A stretch of 49,000 nucleotides of DNA from assembly GCA_910592345.1 (NCBI GenBank), contig CAJVPI010000146.1, positions 1 to 49,000 on the forward strand. Reading direction: 5' to 3'. Positions within the stretch are counted from its first letter, which is position 1. The number at the start of each line of letters is the position of its first letter. This document shows, one piece after another, positions 13,360 to 24,780 of this stretch. The stretch is from Paraglomus brasilianum (lineage: Eukaryota). The translations under genes were made by a program, and so were the position numbers. The notes below the pieces were generated by a model, which had not been told where the DNA came from, searched no databases, and saw nothing but the letters and a program-made list of their open reading frames with translations.

Positions 13360-14121
13360 TTACTCTCCAACTAAACGTAAAAAGCCTTTTTTCTTCATGA
13401 CTTGCTTCCTCTTCTTAATATGCTCCTCTACCACCTCCAACATATTCCGATCATCCCACTCCAACTTGATAGATTCTTTAGATTCACGCTCAGTCTTTAA
13501 ATCTCCTCCCGGCTGCTTAGCAGAATCAATAATGTTGTCAGCCTCGTTTTTGCAATAGTTGTGCTCTGTACACACGCCTCTATGTTGTGTTGTGATTTTA
13601 GTAATGGGAGTTGTATTGCTGGGGGGAGCTGTGGATGTCAAGTCAGATGACGAGTTGACCGATTGAGTGGTGGGTGATGACTGAGAAGTTGATTTTTCCT
13701 CAATAACCTCAATAACCGGTGCCGCTTGTTGATAATTTTGCAAGTTAGGGATTATCTTCTTCAGTGCATGATCGCGCAATGAATGCCATGTGTGTCTTGG
13801 GAACTATTTGATCAGAATAAGTGAATTCATCATGTTGATAAATTGAAAACATGACAAGCGCAGTAGTTATCGGATAGAAAGAATTATATTACCTCTGGCT
13901 CTATTTTTTTATATATCCCATTTCCTTTCAAATGACTGTTTAATTTTTGTTGTTCTAATATAAACTGAACCAATCTGTCGTCCTCTTCTTTAGTGTAGTG
14001 AGCACGACTGTAACAAGAGGTTACAAATTGTTAGTCACAATTACTAAGATTCAAGAACTGATCTTAAGAGCCATATATGCGAATAACGTAAGTACCCGAC
14101 TTTTTTTGTCCTAGCGTTCAT
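13360..14121 (-). CDS. Small protein with a Rap1-type Myb domain (3 exons)
   Basis: Spliced model MNARTKKVG|RAHYTKEEDDRLVQFILEQQKLNSHLKGNGIYKKIEPE|FPRHTWHSLRDHALKKI matches the Rap1-Myb pattern GRxxFTxxDD...GNxIY...HTWxSxRD. Followed by an S/T-rich linker and a basic C-terminus. Confidence 0.8.
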
Positions 14122-16289
14122 GATAATTTAGGGTGTCTGTTGTAACAAAGAGCGGAACTTGCAGAAGTAAGCTTTGGTGTGCAATGTAGTTTTGAATATC
14201 AAACCACGCGACAAAATATCGGTGTTTATGTAAACAAACTTCTGGCCAATAATAATGCATTCGAGGTTCGTATAGTTTCCTGTCACGAGACTATCTAGTA
14301 CTAGTCTTATTATACTTATGTCACGTGACTATTAATTGTTACCTAAATCTAATAGACTAGAGGCACTATATTTCTGCTATTATGCAGGTTTGTTATGCGT
14401 TTACAGTGTCAGAATTTTGATTAAATCTGAGCATTCTTTCTTTGACTATTTCATTTCAACCAATATGCCATGGTAAGATTCTATTTTTATTTAAATACGC
14501 GCGTATCGCCATTATCTTTTAGAAAACTTGAGGTTACGATTAATACATTCCTGCGCTGGATTCAAAACACGCATGTACTCGAGTGAAGCGTAAATGCTTT
14601 TCTTCTTCTTCTTTTTTTTAGCAAAGAGTTTCAATGCTTAGTGCAGTATTTACAATTATTTTTAATGATCGTAGTGGAGAGATAAACGACTGACTTTGCA
14701 CGCGCGCTCTGTTTTGTAGTCTATGTTTGCAATCAACTGGGTAAGGTAATTTCTTTGCATTGTTTTAACCAACGTTGCAAATTATGATATACGTTACGTG
14801 TATTATCTTACAATTGCGATAGTGTTGCTAGCGTGTTTGCTTAAGTGAATAGTAAATTTCCTTAAATATATTTGAATTAAGATGGTTTGCCCAAAAGGGT
14901 AGAATAATTCTTATAATATGTTTCTGTTTATATTTTAGTTAGCATTAATTACGTTTGTTAATATTGTCAAGCATTAAATACGTTGTGTAAGGAAATTTTT
15001 ACATCTAAAAACTAACTGCTTATACTTGACAATTAATATATATATTTTTTCTCCGCTCCGCAAGGTGAGATTTCAATCTCATGTTCCAGTATTTATGTTG
15101 TCACAAATATGATGGAGCGAATACCATTCCTTCTTGCTTAAGCCATCAAAGTATGGAGACTTGTGTTATGAAAACTTTGCATGGGTTTAAACCACATAGT
15201 TCACTTACATTACGTACAGTTTTACGTTTAATATTACTAAAAAACGTAGATAAAAGTAGCGTATTATTCAGTACAGCGTGACTGTATCAGTTTTAGAACT
15301 TAAATAATGTACACTATTACTATACCGGCAAAGACAGGGTGCACGATTTTTTGGTATCTTTTTCACTCAACCCATATTGGCATACAATTGTATTTGATTT
15401 ATTTAATTGAAAGAGGAGTTAAGTATAAAACTGTAATAAACCGCAAATTACAAGTTTATTCAAAGAGTGTTTGAGTCACTAAATCATTGATATAATAATT
15501 TTGAAGATAGCGAATAACAGTTTTAGATTAGCTTTATTAATATCTACACCTCGTCAGCAAAGTGCTAGATAGTGGTTATTGTCACCCCCGGCGAAGCGCT
15601 AAAATAGCAATGTTTAGTTTTGTGCAAAACTCATGAATTCATTTTATCTTGTTTTTCATGGACTTAACAGTTGGTGGGTTAGTTAATACAATTTTTTATG
15701 CTACGCAAGAACATGTTATAGGCAATAACTATGCAACATTGTGCTAATAAAGTTGATATTAATGCGTGTCATCCATACACAGCATGTTCCACCCTCCAGT
15801 TTACGGTTTATTTTGCGTTGCGCCTTGGAACATTTCCTGTTTCACTATTCGCAAGAAAGATTAGACGCACGAACGACTAGCAAATTTGCCATTATACTAT
15901 ATAGTTACATCAAAGTCATGAGACCATGTGTAAATTCAATAGTAGTAATATACTGTATATACATTAAACCAAACAATCACCACGTATTTTTAAAAGTCAA
16001 TAGTGATAAATAATCGAAGAACTTAGAAGTATGATCTCTGTTTTCCCTTGGAATCAGTCAAAGACATCATCGATTACTTTAGTTCAATATACTGAGAATC
16101 TTGTCAAATCTGGCACACAATTGATCACAACCACAAATGGCATGGCTGCGTCTCAGGCTTATCAAACACATGAGGCTATGCTTTGTACATTATACGCAAT
16201 TATTCATATATGGTATTACCTGCCTAATAAAGCACATAAACGTTCACGTTGATAAATAATTAATCCATACAACGCTCCTACCCCAACTT

Positions 16290-16397
16290 ATTGCTGGTAT
16301 TCATCTGTGGCTATGTCATGTGCGGCTATGTCAAAGAAGGGGTGGCTCAGCTGTATTAGATGTAGAATAACACGTTTATTCCACCCATTAAACATCA
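16290..16397 (+). ncRNA. Candidate box H/ACA snoRNA (snR37-like guide for the 25S yeast-U2944 site)
   Basis: H box AAAGAA 16333-16338; stem GGGTGG 16340-45 / CCACCC 16381-86; pocket strands CTCAGCT and CGTTT complementary to rRNA GAACG-U-G-AGCUGGG; ACA at 16392-94. Pocket-to-ACA spacing is 19 nt (canonical 14-16) and the 5' hairpin is poorly defined. Confidence 0.45.
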
Positions 16398-16672
16398 AAC
16401 ATCACCAGTTCCTTATTCGAATATAATACTGATCGCGCTTGAATACTGCTTTCTTGCTTTATAATTGCTATATTTATTTCTTTTACTTATGTACAGTATT
16501 ACTTATTATCGCTACCATACTTTTGGCAAGTGTCGCATTGGTGTGAATCGATCGCTCTGATACTGCATTGGCAGTAAGATCTATAGCTGTGGAAGACCAA
16601 TTCTACCACGATTAGTAAATATGAGTAGCAGCGAAATAGTGTCGGCGATTCGTTACGATCACTCGTTAATTC

Positions 16673-17302
16673 CTACTCTCCGGTGCCAACCATGTTCACA
16701 TCCTTCTCCTCCTCCGGATTTTCATTCCCATTCGTTGGATCAACTACACTTAATAAGTACTCTACAGTTTGCTCATGACCATTCTGTTGTGCTTCCGATA
16801 TAGCAGTTCGACCGGCAGTGTTTTTTATCTATTTCAGATGACAAGAGTTAGATTCCATTTCCATGTGTGTATAAAGGATTGATTGCAGAGCTACCTTGGC
16901 GTTCACGCCGTGTGTTATTAAAACTTCCACTATCGTTTGGTGTCCGTTCAACGCACTCCAATGTAAGGCTGTATTTCCCGAGTCATTTTGAGCGTTGATA
17001 ATATCAGAAGCAGAACTGCCCAGTTTCTGTATTATATATTCGACAATCTCTTATAGAATTACATAGCAGACCGGGTATGAGCAAATTGAAGTTCGATAAA
17101 TCAACGATTACGAATTCAACTTTTGAAACGTACCAAGATGTCCATTGGCACTTGCCATATGCAAAGCAGTATTCCCATACTCGTCTTTTTCGACAAGATA
17201 GGCGGCTGAATATTGATCGATATAGGATTTTAGTTCATCGAGTTCGCCAAAACGTGCACAGGCTATAACTTCGGAAACTATCTCCTTGTCCAAGGCCATC
17301 AT
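16673..17302 (-). CDS. YAR1: Ankyrin-repeat protein, Yar1-like (3 exons)
   Basis: VIACARFGELDEL, GNTALHMASANGHL|EIVEY, NAQNDSGNTALHWSALNGH, KNTAGRTAISEA, acidic tail, stop at 16673. Confidence 0.8.
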
Positions 17303-17491
17303 CTGTTCATTGCTGGTGTGATGACAAATTTTTTTGCGATTTACAAATGATCGACAATCCGATTTATTTCATGACTGGATCATAAAAGTAAGTTTCTTGT
17401 TCACCCTTTTTCAATTTGTCAAATCACATAAGACATTTCGTTTGGCATTTCGTTCTAAGCAGTTAATTAACTAGTACGACAAGAGCTATTA
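17303..17491. promoter_or_regulatory. Probable bidirectional promoter (189 bp)
   Basis: Short gap between the divergent ATGs of the YAR1-like gene (17302, -) and MHR1 (17492, +). Confidence 0.55.
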
Positions 17492-18335
17492 ATGACAAAC
17501 AGTGGACCTTCTGAGTTACGTTATGCAACCCAGAAGCTTTGGCTGTGGCTGCATCGGCACATTCTCACAGAACAAGTCATAGTAACATGGGTAGATTTCG
17601 TGAAGGCATGTCATTTGCACATTTTGTTGGCTTTATATTTCCTTTCCCTCTCTTTAGCTCCGGCTTCTTACGCCGATGTTGTGTTATTCCTGGCCGTGCC
17701 GTAATCCACAGCCTAATTATCTCCGCCAAATAAAAGATGTAACCATGCGCCCACCACGGATCCGTAAAGATCATTGGACCCCCTTAGCAGTGGTAACTGG
17801 TTTCAAGAATAAGTCAACCCCAATGTCTGTTAGCAATTTAATCCAAGATTATATTGCAAAACACCCCAGACCTCCATTCCCTACTACCACGTCCAAGAGA
17901 GTACGTAAAATCGAGGAACAAAAACAGATCGAACCGACTTTGACGGCGTTGGGTTGGGCGATGAATGAAGCAATGCATAGACATTACGAGAGTCGCGAAA
18001 ATATCATCAAGATCTTTTGGGAACGTGAATCATTGAAAGATATTCCAAAGCTAAAAGCTGATATTGATTGGCCAAACAACATAGAGCATTCACAATTGAT
18101 ATTGGAAAGAGGACGATTCGTGAAGAATTTTGAACTGCAAAGGGAAGTACCAAGTGAATTGCAAATAGAGAAGGAAAATAAGAGGTTGGAAGCAAAAGCC
18201 AAGAAGAGGCGAATATTATACTATGTTGAGAAAGCGAGACAAGAGCGGATTGCACGTGGTGAAGATGCGCCAAGGTTATTGCGCAGTCGTGGGGGTGTAT
18301 ATGTTCCCTATAAACCGTACGTCGGTCGTAGATAA
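17492..18335 (+). CDS. MHR1: Mitochondrial ribosomal protein mL67 / Mhr1 (2 exons)
   Basis: Exon 1 ...LHRHILTEQVIVTWVDFVK; exon 2 PNYLRQI...PPRIRKDHWTPLAVVTGF...IKIFWE...WP.NIEH. Matches the Mhr1 RxxxTxQV...RKDxWxP pattern. Intron 17606-17711. Confidence 0.78.
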
Positions 18336-18694
18336 TATATTGACTATTATTGAACTAGACAAAATTTTGTTTCTACTCTACCATATTCAATATGGTAATT
18401 GCTTATTTTAATGCCAAAGGAGTGAATTCCTTTAACGCGCATGAACGATTTAAATAATGTATAAACTGTTTTATCGGATGTTATATGATCACTGGGTGTC
18501 TCGTTTGGTAGACGTGATGTCGATCCTGTGACTTTGAAGGGGGGATAGCCACAAATAATTGGCTTCACATATTGTGCACAGCCACAGACAAGCCGCTCAA
18601 TAAGATGGTTCTCGGGTATGATTATAAAATCATCAGCCTCCCCATGTCTGAATCAATTTCTTCATCTTAACAATTCATATCACCAAAAAATAAA

Positions 18695-19447
18695 ATGTCA
18701 AAATTTCGTTTATTCATTTTAATATCGACATTATCAGTGCTATTCTCCGTCTCTGCCCAACAACAGTCCTGTGCCTCGCAACTGGATTGTCCATTACGCG
18801 CACAAGGACAAGTATGCCAAGGGGGCGTCTGCATATTACCCTGCGGGACAAGTTGCCCACCCGGATTCACCTGCGACGGTGGAATATGCGTTCCATCCAC
18901 AACTACAACCTCATCCACATCCACATCCACATCCACATCCACACCCACGTCTACTAATTCAACATCGACGACCGCGAGTGCAAGCTTTGTTGATACTACT
19001 CCGTCGATAGAGAACGTAGGGGTACCAGGGGTACCAATAACAAAGGATACTACATACGGAAAGCTAGTGTTGGCGTTTGGAATACTACTCTCAATCGCCG
19101 TTGTCTTTGCATTCGGATTCTGGTATCATCGTCGCCGGCAGAGAAGACATCGTTTCCTTCGTCTGAAAACGAACCTTGGAACAACCCCAAGAAATTCTGT
19201 GGTATCGACAAGTAGCGCGTTCACAGTACCAACGTCGTCTCGTGCATTGGAGGAGAACAATGATTTCTTAGATACAGATATAATGTCGCAGGTTGATAGG
19301 ACTTCATTTGTGGGTACGGAGAGTCACCCCCCGACTAGTGCTGGTGCTCCTGCTGTTACGACCGATAGTGGGTCTGCAACACGGCAAGTTTCTGAACAGA
19401 GAGCCAGTGGAATTGACGAGTTACGTGATGAGACACAATTATCGTAA
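18695..19447 (+). CDS. Single-pass membrane protein: signal peptide, 8-Cys domain, S/T stalk, TM, basic juxtamembrane segment
   Basis: Intact 250-aa ORF: hydrophobic N-terminus, CASQLDC...C...C...CGTSCPPGFTCDGGIC, TSTSTST, LVLAFGILLSIAVVFAFGFWY then HRRRQRRHR. Confidence 0.85.
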   Translation: MSKFRLFILISTLSVLFSVSAQQQSCASQLDCPLRAQGQVCQGGVCILPCGTSCPPGFTCDGGICVPSTTTTSSTSTSTSTSTPTSTNSTSTTASASFVDTTPSIENVGVPGVPITKDTTYGKLVLAFGILLSIAVVFAFGFWYHRRRQRRHRFLRLKTNLGTTPRNSVVSTSSAFTVPTSSRALEENNDFLDTDIMSQVDRTSFVGTESHPPTSAGAPAVTTDSGSATRQVSEQRASGIDELRDETQLS

Positions 19448-19561
19448 TCAATTGTACAAAAGTTATTTTCGTATATATATATATAACATGTAGTCGTTGA
19501 AAAAAGAAATAAATGTTCGATTGTTGAATAACCAATTTGGGATCTCTTGTGACACCAAAAA

Positions 19562-19995
19562 TGTCAACTTATTTGTAACTAGCTCTAAAGCATACCGAGA
19601 GAACGTTACGTTTTAAAAAATAGCACCAGACAAGATTCCAGATATAACTAAATTCACACCAGAACGGAGGGCAGTGGTTGTATTTGACGCTGAATCAAAG
19701 AAAATTCAAGATCGGATTATTCCTTACTTTATTAGTGGCCGGCATCAAAATAAATATTTCGCCCATATATGTAAGCCAGAAATATCAAGTTGTGCCGAAA
19801 ATAATTCGTGAAAATTTAAGCCATCTTGTGTTATTCCGAGGCTCGGGATCTAGAGACTATATTAGCAGAATTGTACGTCAATATACAGATCATTGATAAG
19901 CATTTGCGAGAGCGAGAATTTGTGGTCTTTGATTTTACCAAGCCAGTACATGACCCTTTAGCAATTAGATTGGGATGGGATACCCATCTTTGATT
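19562..19995 (+). pseudogene. A32-like (FtsK/HerA) viral DNA-packaging ATPase fragment
   Basis: Frameshifted reading: [18 protein letters not shown] (Walker B)...YFISGRHQ (Arg finger)...[27 protein letters not shown]...FVVFDFT...DPLAIRLGWD. Confidence 0.72.
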
Positions 19996-22800
19996 TAGAA
20001 ATCGAAAAAAATTAGAAACAGGATTTAATTTCATAAACGTAAGTATCATTTATATCTGACAGCGAGTCGTTCTTATAAGCTGATTTTTCTAATATTTTAT
20101 TTATATATACAATGTCTTGCCCACCGCTCATGTAAGTGACCTTGTTATACAGAGACGCGTGTATCCAGCCACGATGTAGTTGAGGTAAATATATTTCACA
20201 TCTTATCTGCCACTCGTATTTGAGCTGTCGGTATCCAGACCGAATGAAGTTAGAGTGAATGTGAAAAAACAAGCTTGTTTTGCGCTATCTGCAATAGGGG
20301 TTTTTGTGACCCATAAAATCAGTGAATGTATAAAAAATATAAATCAGATGACATTATAGCGCCTTGCGTCCTGAAGGGTAAGATATAGATAAGCTATATG
20401 ACTAAATTATATAATTTATCGAGACAAAGCCGAGCGCGAAGCGTTAGACTTGTCAGTACATTAATTTGTATTATGCTTGTAATTCTAAAAGCCGCTTTTG
20501 AAATCTACCCCGTAATTGCTGTTTTTGGAATGTATCCAATCATATGGTGTGAAGGTAATATATTCTTCATATTCTCTATTAATAATTCCAAGTTTCATAC
20601 CAGGTTGATTTTTATAAATTGTTAGTCATTTATGACGCCATAGATCAAATTGTTCTCGAGTCTGAGGATTTTTCAGTTTTTGAGGAGTTAAACCTAAAAT
20701 TTCTTATCGCTGGGAGTGTTATCATTTGCTAAGCTGTCCCAAACAAGTCTTGCATTTGATGGCTTTTTTTCTCTGAATCGTCTCCAAGCAGTTTGTATAA
20801 TCCTTGTAGAGCCTTCTTTAGTTATAGCTTTGGAACATTATGTATTCCATTGACGTTGCATCAAATCTTTAGGCTCAAGACGTTCAACATATCTTTATCT
20901 AGCATAATGTAATATTTTCTTTGGTTGTACATCGTCAATTTTTACAAGCTTCCAACAGCTAAAGCAAATTGCCATACAACTTTTATGGATTCTTGGTCTG
21001 TAATAATTGTACTTGAAATAAATAAACAATACACACTAGATATTCCAGAATTTAACAAATCTTGTACTGGTATTCTTACTCGTAAACTCCATTGAAATGG
21101 CGTTTCATTCTGTTTTATAATTGATAACTCATCAAATAATCTTTCATTTTCAGATCTATATTAGCATAACTTCCCCAATATGAAACAGCGTATTTCATAT
21201 CATATCCTGGAGATTATTATATAGTTTATAGAGTGTTCTATCTTTTTTATCAATATAAGTAACGATATTATAAGTTACCATATTTACTGATTAAGGGACC
21301 CACCGAAAGCAGTAATTTACTAGACCTACTAGATTTGATCAACTATATATACTAAGAATATCGCGATTCAATTTTAAGTATAAGTAGAAAATCACATGAT
21401 ACAAAAAGGGTTAATGGCTCACTCTATGGTATCACAAAAAATTTACCAAAGATTCTATTGATACTACTAGAATCATATCGAAGCTTAAAAGGATATTAAT
21501 ATATCTTCAAAGCGGCATATTACTATAAACATCGCAGGTACGTCATATTTTTTCTTCTCGAATTACAAATCAATAGTTTTTAACCGCCAAGCGATCGGCA
21601 AAAAAACATTTATTCGTTATTTTAGTTCACTGCATGACGACTAAGGAATCTCGGCGAGAAAAATCATCTAAAGAAATCATGACAGATACATTTTATTTTT
21701 TGTATTTGTATAGTAAAATGGGGCCGGCTAAAGTAAATTGACAGAGTAGTGGACGTTTAAAGGGAGGAATATGCCGGCCCCTAGACCATAACATGGCAGT
21801 TCCTTTCCGCTACTGTTCTTGTTTTCTTAAATTAATATTTCCGCCCTCTTCATCACCCCATTTCCTTATTTTTTCTGTGTAGACGTTTGTGGGTTTGTTT
21901 GATGGCGATAAAAACCAGCCAACGTGGCAGAGCTTAACTTAATATTCTTACCCAATACTTTATAAGTTTGAGTAAGAGATTGATTATCCTTCTTTACTCT
22001 TTGATTAATGAGTGTCTTGAAGTTGTCCCAGAGCGTCTCAACGTCATCAGAATATTCGGCATGTTGTCTTGTGTTTATAAATCTTGCGTTCTCACGAAGC
22101 AAAGGTGCTTTTGCATCTGGATTTTTTTTTTTTGAATTTGCTAATTAATAAAAACAAGTACTGAATTAATAAGCACATGACTAATAGTTGGTAAAATAAC
22201 GTGTCACAAACACATAGATGTCGCAAAGATATTAGTCATATGACATACCTTGAGATATTTCGCGATAAGAGTCAATACGTTCTTTTCAAGTTCAGAAATT
22301 TTTTGCGACTCAACTTGGAGCGTTGATTGAAATTTGTGTAAATAAACGATTACTCCCGCCAAGATAAAAGACTGAATTGTATTGCTAATAAAAACGGTTT
22401 TAATTGTTTCTAATTTCAAGTTGTCTTGGCAGAGAACACCAAGGCAATGAAAAGTGCGGGTAAAACAATGTAAGGTAAATTGAGGGCACGTAAGTGTCTT
22501 TGCTCCGTGGTACCACACGCAAATAGATTGCGCATTTTTTTGGTAGTAATTTCTTTAATTTTTTGAATGTTAAGTGCACTGCTCTGCTTATGAAAGTCGA
22601 GTACGTGAGAAGGATATATCTCTGATCTATTGTCCTTTTTATATTTTCATCTTAATTGTGTCAAGATCTTGGATATGAATCGAAATCTATCCACTTCTTG
22701 CTGCGGCGCCGCAACTGCAGTCACAGGTTCAAAGGGGTGACCTAAAGGGTCATATCTTTGCCAGCTCCGCTAAGAAACTTCATTAAGGTTTATAGCGCTA
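19562..22800. mobile_element. Decayed Polinton/Maverick-like (viral) segment
   Basis: Packaging ATPase relic followed by apparently intronless broken minus-strand ORFs (RIIQTAWRRFR...NDNTPSDKKFLG near 20680-20820; an HTH-like ORF at 21866-22102; a relic at 22200-22780). Boundaries are approximate. Confidence 0.5.
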
Positions 22801-23991
22801 TTTTTACTGTAGCACCACTCAGAACGTGCCATTTATTCTGAAGGCTTTTGATTTTTGCGTATGCGTAAATATGGTGGGGGACACAAGTACGCATCAAATT
22901 GTCAAGGGGAAATCATTACTAAAAATGTCAATGATTAACTATATTAATTTTATTCAAAAATCGTTTCAGGAAACCGTTCTATGACTCTTATATTTTTTAA
23001 TGGCAAATTCTGCCTGTCGTCCTTCCAATTCCTTCCTATTAGGGATTGGAATCAGGGGGAGGGGGGAGTATATCTGATTATGGCTATATTAATGAGAGAC
23101 TGTATTTTGCTGGGGCATACCTGGGTCAATCTGCAGGTCTATTCTATGGAGTGGGAGTAGACATCCAAAGAACTGTGAAGTGATGTCTCTGAAGGAGGGG
23201 ACAGGGTTCTTCCAAAGGCCCTTGTGTATTGTGGTAAAGGCATTCCAGAGTGTGGACACAGTTGCAGATTGGATGGAATGTAGGAGCTGATGATGGGAAT
23301 GGGGTGCTAAAAAATGATCTGCAGATCACGTATCAATCACATGACATTTACCCAATAAAACTCTCTGAAATCATAATGCCGAATTCAGCATTATCCAGCC
23401 TGGTTGCACAATCTGACACGTCATAGAATCCATGGATCTGAGTGTCCAATGAAGGGATAATATTTGAGCCTGCATGTTATGAGGTAAATTCCCGATTATG
23501 AACTCAGCTTTATTTTGAAAATTATAACACTTTGTCCACGACACTTCAAATTTCGGGTCAAAATTGTCCCTGTGTAAGAGCAGAAATTAATGTTGCAGAT
23601 TGAACACCACATACTTACCTATATAATGTATTTAAGAAATTGATCGAACAAATTTGTTTGTAATTCCTCCCACGCATTTTTGGGGATTCTTCTGTGCAAT
23701 TTATATTTTCTAGCAATATATTCCGCTAACTTACCTGTAACTCCGTGTCTATACAGAGGCATAGTAAAACAATAAAGAATGTTACCAATAATAACACGAG
23801 AACAATAAATGCTAAACTTATCGCTTTATTGGATAACGGAATGTTACACAAAAAGTTGCCTAAAACTCGAAACTTTTTTAGTTGATCAAAAATTTTAAAC
23901 TGTAACTTTTATTCTGCTTCGTCTGCTCTATCATTCTTACGGATTAGTTTTTCTCTAAACCCTCTAATATAAAGCCTTAGGGTTTTGAAAG

Positions 23992-24700
23992 TAGAGATGG
24001 GAACCGGTTAACCGTTTAGTTCTAAACTCGGTTTTAAATTGGTTCAATTTTAAATTCGGTAAATCGAATGTCTCCACAAATCCGATTGTTGAAAATTCTT
24101 TATAATTGGTTGCAAATTAAAGCCCGAATTTATGCGAACCGAATGTTTGATTTAAACCGGGCCTAAAAATAAACTCGGTTTATTCGAGTTGAACCGGTTT
24201 TCGTCCCAACCGAATGTCTGATTTAAACCGGGCCTAAAAATAAATCGAGTTGAACCGGTTTTCGGTTTTAATCCCAACCGAGTATCTGATTCAAACCGGG
24301 CCTAAAATAAATTCGGTTTATTTGACTTGAGCCGGTTGTCGGTTATCCAAACCATATATTAATGTTAATATCTATTTAAACAGGCCTAAATAAATCGATT
24401 TATTCAGTTATACCAATACACGACGTTTTTTATATTTATTAACATGGGACAAATTATGCTTTAATGATTATAATATAGCGATAGCAATCCGATTATACTC
24501 CGAATTTCTCTTTAAAAACAAAAATTTGTTTACTAAATTCGGTTTAATATTAAATAGATATTTGGTTGGGATAAAACCGACAACCGGCTCAAGTCAAATA
24601 AACCGAATCAGATACTCGGTTGGGATTAAAACCGAAAACCGGTTCAACTCGAATACCACGTAAACCGAGTTTATTTTTAGCGCGGTTTAAATCAGATCCG
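23992..24700. mobile_element. hAT-like non-autonomous/foldback element
   Basis: Starts TAGAGATGGGAACCGG, with dense AACCG/CGGTT subterminal-type motifs. 24170-24360 is repeated in inverted orientation at 24560-24695. Right terminus not identified. Confidence 0.6.
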
Positions 24701-24780
24701 GATTAACCCCGTTACATCCGGCGTACTTATAACCGGGTCTTGGACGAAAAAAAAAATTTTTTTCAGCTCTGCGTTTAAAT

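Noticed and set aside
14320..14329. GTCACGTGAC palindrome upstream of the Rap1-Myb gene
   Set aside because: Plausible bHLH site, but TCACGTGA also recurs inside MITEs and elsewhere, so it is not specific enough to call
23992..24700. CRISPR-like repeat array
   Set aside because: Repeats are degenerate, partly inverted and lack unique equal-length spacers; eukaryotic TE subterminal repeats fit better
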